NCBI GenBank assembly: GCA_973895155.1
Contig: OZ316898.1
Span: forward strand, 16,101,320-16,165,319
Direction: 5' to 3'
Source: Marsupella aquatica
Taxonomy: Eukaryota > Plantae > Marchantiophyta
Length of the DNA: 64,000 bases
Position 1 is the first letter of the stretch, and every line of letters begins with the position of its first letter. Shown here in pieces: positions 59,912 to 64,000 of this stretch. The notes beneath the pieces are model-generated. The model did no database searches, was not told the origin of the DNA, and saw nothing but the letters and a program-made list of their open reading frames with translations. Position numbers and translations under genes: made by a program.

Positions 59912-62900
59912 CTATGTCCTCAAAGAAACTATGGACCTAGAGAGCCCTATGGACCTAGAGAGCCCTGAAAGATTTTCCAAACCTATTCTCCTTTCCCTAT
60001 CCACCGCAAAGATATATCTTCCAAGTTGCTGAGGGGGCAGACCAAACAATGCATACAAATCTTTCACCAAGATTTGAGATGCCATCCTAACCCCCTCATA
60101 AAACTTGCAAGCAATGAATACATGATATTCATTCTCTATACTAGAGCTATCACATAGTTGACAAACCCTCTTTTTCCTGTCAATATCCTTCCATCTCCCT
60201 TGTTCTACTTCAAGGTGGTGTGAGCTTAGTCTATACTGAGCAATAAGTTGTCTAAGTTGTACTGAGATAGTGCTAGATAAGTATTCTTGTTCTCGATATT
60301 TCTTCATGGGGTTCACATCTCTCATGTAGTATTGCTGCCGTGGGCTAGGTTCATGCCAAAGTTTGTGCAAAGCCTTTTGCTCAAGTTTTGCTCTTAGCTT
60401 GGTTGGGTGTGTTGGCCATTCATGTTCAGGAAAATCCCAAGCATGGGCCCACCTGCACACATCTGCATACCACCCTTTAGCTAAAGATGAGCGCAAGGCA
60501 TGAAAAGGAAATCTGTTTTCCTCCAACTCTCTTACACGCATGATGTATTTGAGTGTGTGGAAGAGTGCCTCCACCTCCAAAGGAAACAAGCCTGCCTGTG
60601 CAAGTGTAAGTGCATATGGGGTTTGTGACTTGATCCCAAGCTCCATCTCAAGAAATAGCTTTTGCAGCCCCTCAATCTGTTGCCACCCAGATTTAGACAC
60701 ACCTGCTCCCCAAATTGGTGCTCCATAAAGAATGACTGGTTTCACCAAAGCTCCAAAGAGATGTTTCCTTAACCTCCAAGTGTGTAGACCAGCTCTTTTG
60801 CATTTGTTCATGAATGCATAAAAAGCTCTGTACCCATTGGCAGCCCTAGATTTTACACATGAGGCCCAACTCAAGTTTTGAGAGAACTCCACCCCAAGGT
60901 ATTTGTAGGTCCTCACAAATTCCACCAGATTCCCTTGGAAGTAGAGCTTTGGATTTTGTCGTGTGCCAATGCCCAAACACTTGGTCTTCTTGAGGTTGAC
61001 TACCATCCCTGTTGCTTGACAAAACTCCTCCAAGGCATTGAGATGTCTTTGCAAAGCTTCTTGAGCATGAGCAAGTAGGACCACATCATCTGCAAATATA
61101 AGAAGTTGGAGGCCAAACCTACCCAATTGAGTGCCAACTCCACCATGCTCCTCCAAAATGTTGTGTAGCTGATCAATGAAGATGCCAAAGAGAGTTGGTG
61201 AGAGAGGACAACCTTGGATCACCCCAAGAGTGCTCCAGATTTCTTCAGAGGTTTCCTTTGAAAGTTTGATGCGCACTTCTTGGTACAATTTAGAAACAGC
61301 CAACCTGAGCTCTTCAGGCACTTCCAACTCCACCATCCTATCCCAAAGCTTGGATCGGGAAACTTTGTCAAAGGCCTTGGAGAAGTCCACAAACAAGCAA
61401 AATAATGGTTTATGTGGAGATTTGGCCTTTTCACACAACACCCTCAAGCAGAGAATGTGATCCATAGTGCTGAATTCTCTCCTAAAACCTGCTTGTGAAG
61501 GTGCCCTTTTCATCTCACTCTCCAACCAAGAGCTTAATCTGGCTTCAAGTAGTCCTCCCAAAACTTTAGCAAAAGTATTGCCTACCATGATGGTTCTGTA
61601 GTTGTGCACATCGTCCTTGTTGCCTGCCTTGAAGATAGGCACCACTCTTCTGGTCATCCAAGCTTTAGGTAAACCTAAAGCCATTGCTTGATTCAGCTCA
61701 TGCACCAAGTTTGTTAGTAAAGAGGGTCCTCCCCACAAAAGAAGCTCCAAGTTCAGGCCCAACAGATCTTTAGCTTTCCCATGTTGCATGTGGGAAAGAT
61801 GCACCTTCACCTCCCTCTCTGTAAACTGAATGGTGTCCCCAAGGGGCAAAGGCATGCCACTAGCATCTGGAAAGAAATACAAGGATGTGACATAGGTTAC
61901 CAGGTCTTGGTGATCCAAGGGGGGAGTAGTCTTGCCTGATTGCATTCTCTCCCAAAAACGTTTTGGATGTTTGATGAACTCCTCACATAGTGATTGTTGA
62001 TGACTCTTCAAGAAGCACCTCTTCTTGTGTTTGATGAAGTTCTTGTACATAGTGAATGCCAAAAGTCTCTTTTCCCCTGAATGTGATCTTGCTTGCATCC
62101 TTGCTCTAGCACAATCCTCGTCAAACCAAGCCTTCATGTTTTGCTTTCTAGGGGGTTTGGTGGAGAAAGTAGAGGCTGCTGCTTGTGCTATGACTTCTGA
62201 GAGCTCAATCTGATCATCCAGGGTATGGAGAAGATGTTCAAAGTTGGCTTTGAAGATGACTTCTCTATCAGGGTCTAGAAACAGAGGTTTGGGTACTGGC
62301 TTTCTATGCACTTTGTTTGGGATTGTGGTCAGGTCAAGATGGAACAACAAAGGCAAGTGTGAAGACTCTGGTTGTTGATCAAGTATTTGAAAGTCAACCA
62401 CTCTAATGGCAAAGGTAGGTGAGGCAAGAAGGTAATCAATGGTACTACATCCTTGTTTAGATCTAAAAGTGTAACCAAATGATTGGGGAAATCTCTCAAG
62501 CCCATTCAATATTCTTAGATTACAAGAAGCTCCCAAATGCAAAAAGTGACGTGTCATGTCATTTGTTCCGGTGTCAAGAGCCTCTCTCACCCAAGGTATC
62601 TCTTCACTACATGATGACCAAGGTAAAGTTCCTAAGTTCTCACTTTCAGTAAATTGTTCATTAGATACCCTGGCATTAAAGTCCCCCACTATCCATGTCT
62701 CCCCTAGTGGTGATATATCATGAATGACTTGGATTAACCTATGAAATGGATAATGTGCATCAGCAATTCCCATCTTATAGACATTCATATTAAGGGGAGC
62801 AAAGTAGGTGACAATCAGAAATGATGGAGTACCTCTGGTATGAAGTCTCACCACCATGAACTGCTTGCTGGGATCTTCATGCTCAATAGAGGTGATGTGT

Positions 62901-63022
62901 TGAAGTTGATTCTTGGTGTAGACAGCAATGCCTCCAAACCCTCTTCCCCGTGTGGTCTTCTTCTCATTGAAGATGGATTGTATGCAAGTAAAGCCTTTAA
63001 TGCTAGGTAAAGTGCATACCAA
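59912..63022 (-). CDS. N-terminally truncated LINE ORF2 (RT intact; EN lacks WNV and ETW motifs)
   Basis: 1036-codon open frame beginning in monomer sequence (TTG-VCT) fused to LPSIKGF; translation unproven. Confidence 0.6.
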   Translation of the reverse strand: MVCTLPSIKGFTCIQSIFNEKKTTRGRGFGGIAVYTKNQLQHITSIEHEDPSKQFMVVRLHTRGTPSFLIVTYFAPLNMNVYKMGIADAHYPFHRLIQVIHDISPLGETWIVGDFNARVSNEQFTESENLGTLPWSSCSEEIPWVREALDTGTNDMTRHFLHLGASCNLRILNGLERFPQSFGYTFRSKQGCSTIDYLLASPTFAIRVVDFQILDQQPESSHLPLLFHLDLTTIPNKVHRKPVPKPLFLDPDREVIFKANFEHLLHTLDDQIELSEVIAQAAASTFSTKPPRKQNMKAWFDEDCARARMQARSHSGEKRLLAFTMYKNFIKHKKRCFLKSHQQSLCEEFIKHPKRFWERMQSGKTTPPLDHQDLVTYVTSLYFFPDASGMPLPLGDTIQFTEREVKVHLSHMQHGKAKDLLGLNLELLLWGGPSLLTNLVHELNQAMALGLPKAWMTRRVVPIFKAGNKDDVHNYRTIMVGNTFAKVLGGLLEARLSSWLESEMKRAPSQAGFRREFSTMDHILCLRVLCEKAKSPHKPLFCLFVDFSKAFDKVSRSKLWDRMVELEVPEELRLAVSKLYQEVRIKLSKETSEEIWSTLGVIQGCPLSPTLFGIFIDQLHNILEEHGGVGTQLGRFGLQLLIFADDVVLLAHAQEALQRHLNALEEFCQATGMVVNLKKTKCLGIGTRQNPKLYFQGNLVEFVRTYKYLGVEFSQNLSWASCVKSRAANGYRAFYAFMNKCKRAGLHTWRLRKHLFGALVKPVILYGAPIWGAGVSKSGWQQIEGLQKLFLEMELGIKSQTPYALTLAQAGLFPLEVEALFHTLKYIMRVRELEENRFPFHALRSSLAKGWYADVCRWAHAWDFPEHEWPTHPTKLRAKLEQKALHKLWHEPSPRQQYYMRDVNPMKKYREQEYLSSTISVQLRQLIAQYRLSSHHLEVEQGRWKDIDRKKRVCQLCDSSSIENEYHVFIACKFYEGVRMASQILVKDLYALFGLPPQQLGRYIFAVDRERRIGLENLSGLSRSIGLSRSIVSLRT

Positions 63023-63796
63023 ACGATGTCGGTTGCAGCTCTAACTTTGCCAGTGATACATTCTTGCTGTTTCCAATGCTCTGGCAAAATCTGAGCTCAA
63101 ACCGCAGCCAATTGCCCTTCCAACTAAAAGTGAAATTTCGCCCCGAGCTCAGAATCGCAAAACTGGAGACGTAGCAGATCGCGCATGCTAAAGTGCATAC
63201 CAAACGATGTCGGTTGCAGCTCTTACTTTGCCAGTGATACATTCTTGCTGTTTCCAATGCTCTGGCAAAATCTGAGCTCAAACCACAGCCAATTGCCCTT
63301 CTAACTCGAAGTGAAATTTCGCCCCGAGCTCAGAACCGCAAAACTGGAGACGTAGCAGATCGCGCATGCTAAAGTGCATACCAAACAATGTCGGTTGCAG
63401 CTCTAACTTTGCCAGTGATACATTCTCGCTGTTTCCAATGCTCTGGCAAAGTCTGAGCTTAAACCGCAACCGATTGCCCTTCCAACTCGAAGTGAAATTT
63501 TGCCCCGAGCTCAGAATCGCAAAACTGGAGACGTAGCAGATCGCGCATGCTAAAGTGCATACCAAACGATGTCGGTTGCAGCTCTACCTTTGCCAGTGAT
63601 ACACTCTCGCTGTTTGCAACACTCTGCCAAAATCTGAGCTCAAACGGCAGCCGATTGCCCTTCCAACTCGAAGTGAAATTTCGCTCCAAGCTCAGAATCC
63701 CGAAACTGGAGACGTAGCAGATCGCGCATGCTAAAGTGCATACCAAACGATGTCGGTTGCAGCTCTAACTTTGCCAGTGATACATTCTCATTGTTT
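63009..63796 (-). repeat. 181-bp LINE 5' monomers (~4.3 units)
   Basis: Same monomer as 27938-28773, 181-bp period. Confidence 0.92.
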
Positions 63797-63939
63797 TCGT
63801 TGCATTAAAGGCTTTACTTGTGTTGCTTTCGTTGTGATGTCCTCTGTTCACGTCCTTTGATGAACAAGGTGAGCAGGAGGTCGACTTGCCTCGCCAACAG
63901 TACGGCTAGAGTTTCAGCAGTACGCCCTCCACATTCGCG

Positions 63940-64000
63940 AGTTTCGCGATTCTAAGCTCGGGGCAAAATTTCACTTCGAGTTGGAAGGGCAATCGGCTGC
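63940..64000 (+). mobile_element. Start of another LINE copy (L8): 5' monomer running off the window
   Basis: agtttcgcgattctaagctcggggcaaaatttcacttcgagttggaagggcaatcggctgc is the monomer in + orientation. Confidence 0.8.

Larger units (their letters stand above)
59787..63819 (-). mobile_element. LINE copy L7, internally deleted (no ORF1, ORF2 N-terminus missing), TSD gtg
   Basis: Tail at 59787; ORF2 joined directly to 181-bp monomers at ~63009; flanks rejoin as ccataagtgttgct, matching copy 1 at ~17888-17901. Confidence 0.94.
43251..63899 (-). mobile_element. CACTA/EnSpm family A, copy 2, with one terminus intact; inserted in the Copia RNase H region
   Basis: Begins CACTAGAAGAA at 43251, interrupting Copia KLNPADA; dense GTGAC subterminal motifs at 43280-43610; contains TnpA-like, TnpD-like, BRCT and PHD genes; interrupted by LINEs L6 and L7. 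Confidence 0.92.

Overview
Eukaryotic, intron-containing plant-like genomic DNA. A non-seed land plant is suggested by the gene and TE content, but that is inference. The first ~7.2 kb holds two convergent, apparently intact host genes: a 4-exon GDP-mannose-hydrolase-like Nudix gene (+) and a 2-exon kynureninase (-). The rest is a nested transposon cluster containing a decayed Helitron (3' end at 7392), a Gypsy remnant, an RPL18a pseudo-exon, a decayed Copia, a fragment of one CACTA/EnSpm family (B) and two near-identical, inverted copies of another (A). Eight copies or fragments of one very young RTEX-like LINE, with (CATTAC)n tails and 181-bp 5' monomers, are inserted into this cluster. The best candidate for an undescribed system is CACTA family A. 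Upstream of its transposase it carries a stand-alone EDM2-type triple-PHD reader gene and a tandem Pol-lambda-like BRCT gene, possibly a transposon-encoded chromatin-reading and DNA-repair-interfacing module. The LINE also shows unusual mechanics: ORF1 and ORF2 in frame across one TGA, a tail-only insertion, a double-tailed junction, and an ORF1-less rearranged copy. All family assignments come from motif recognition by eye; no searches were run.
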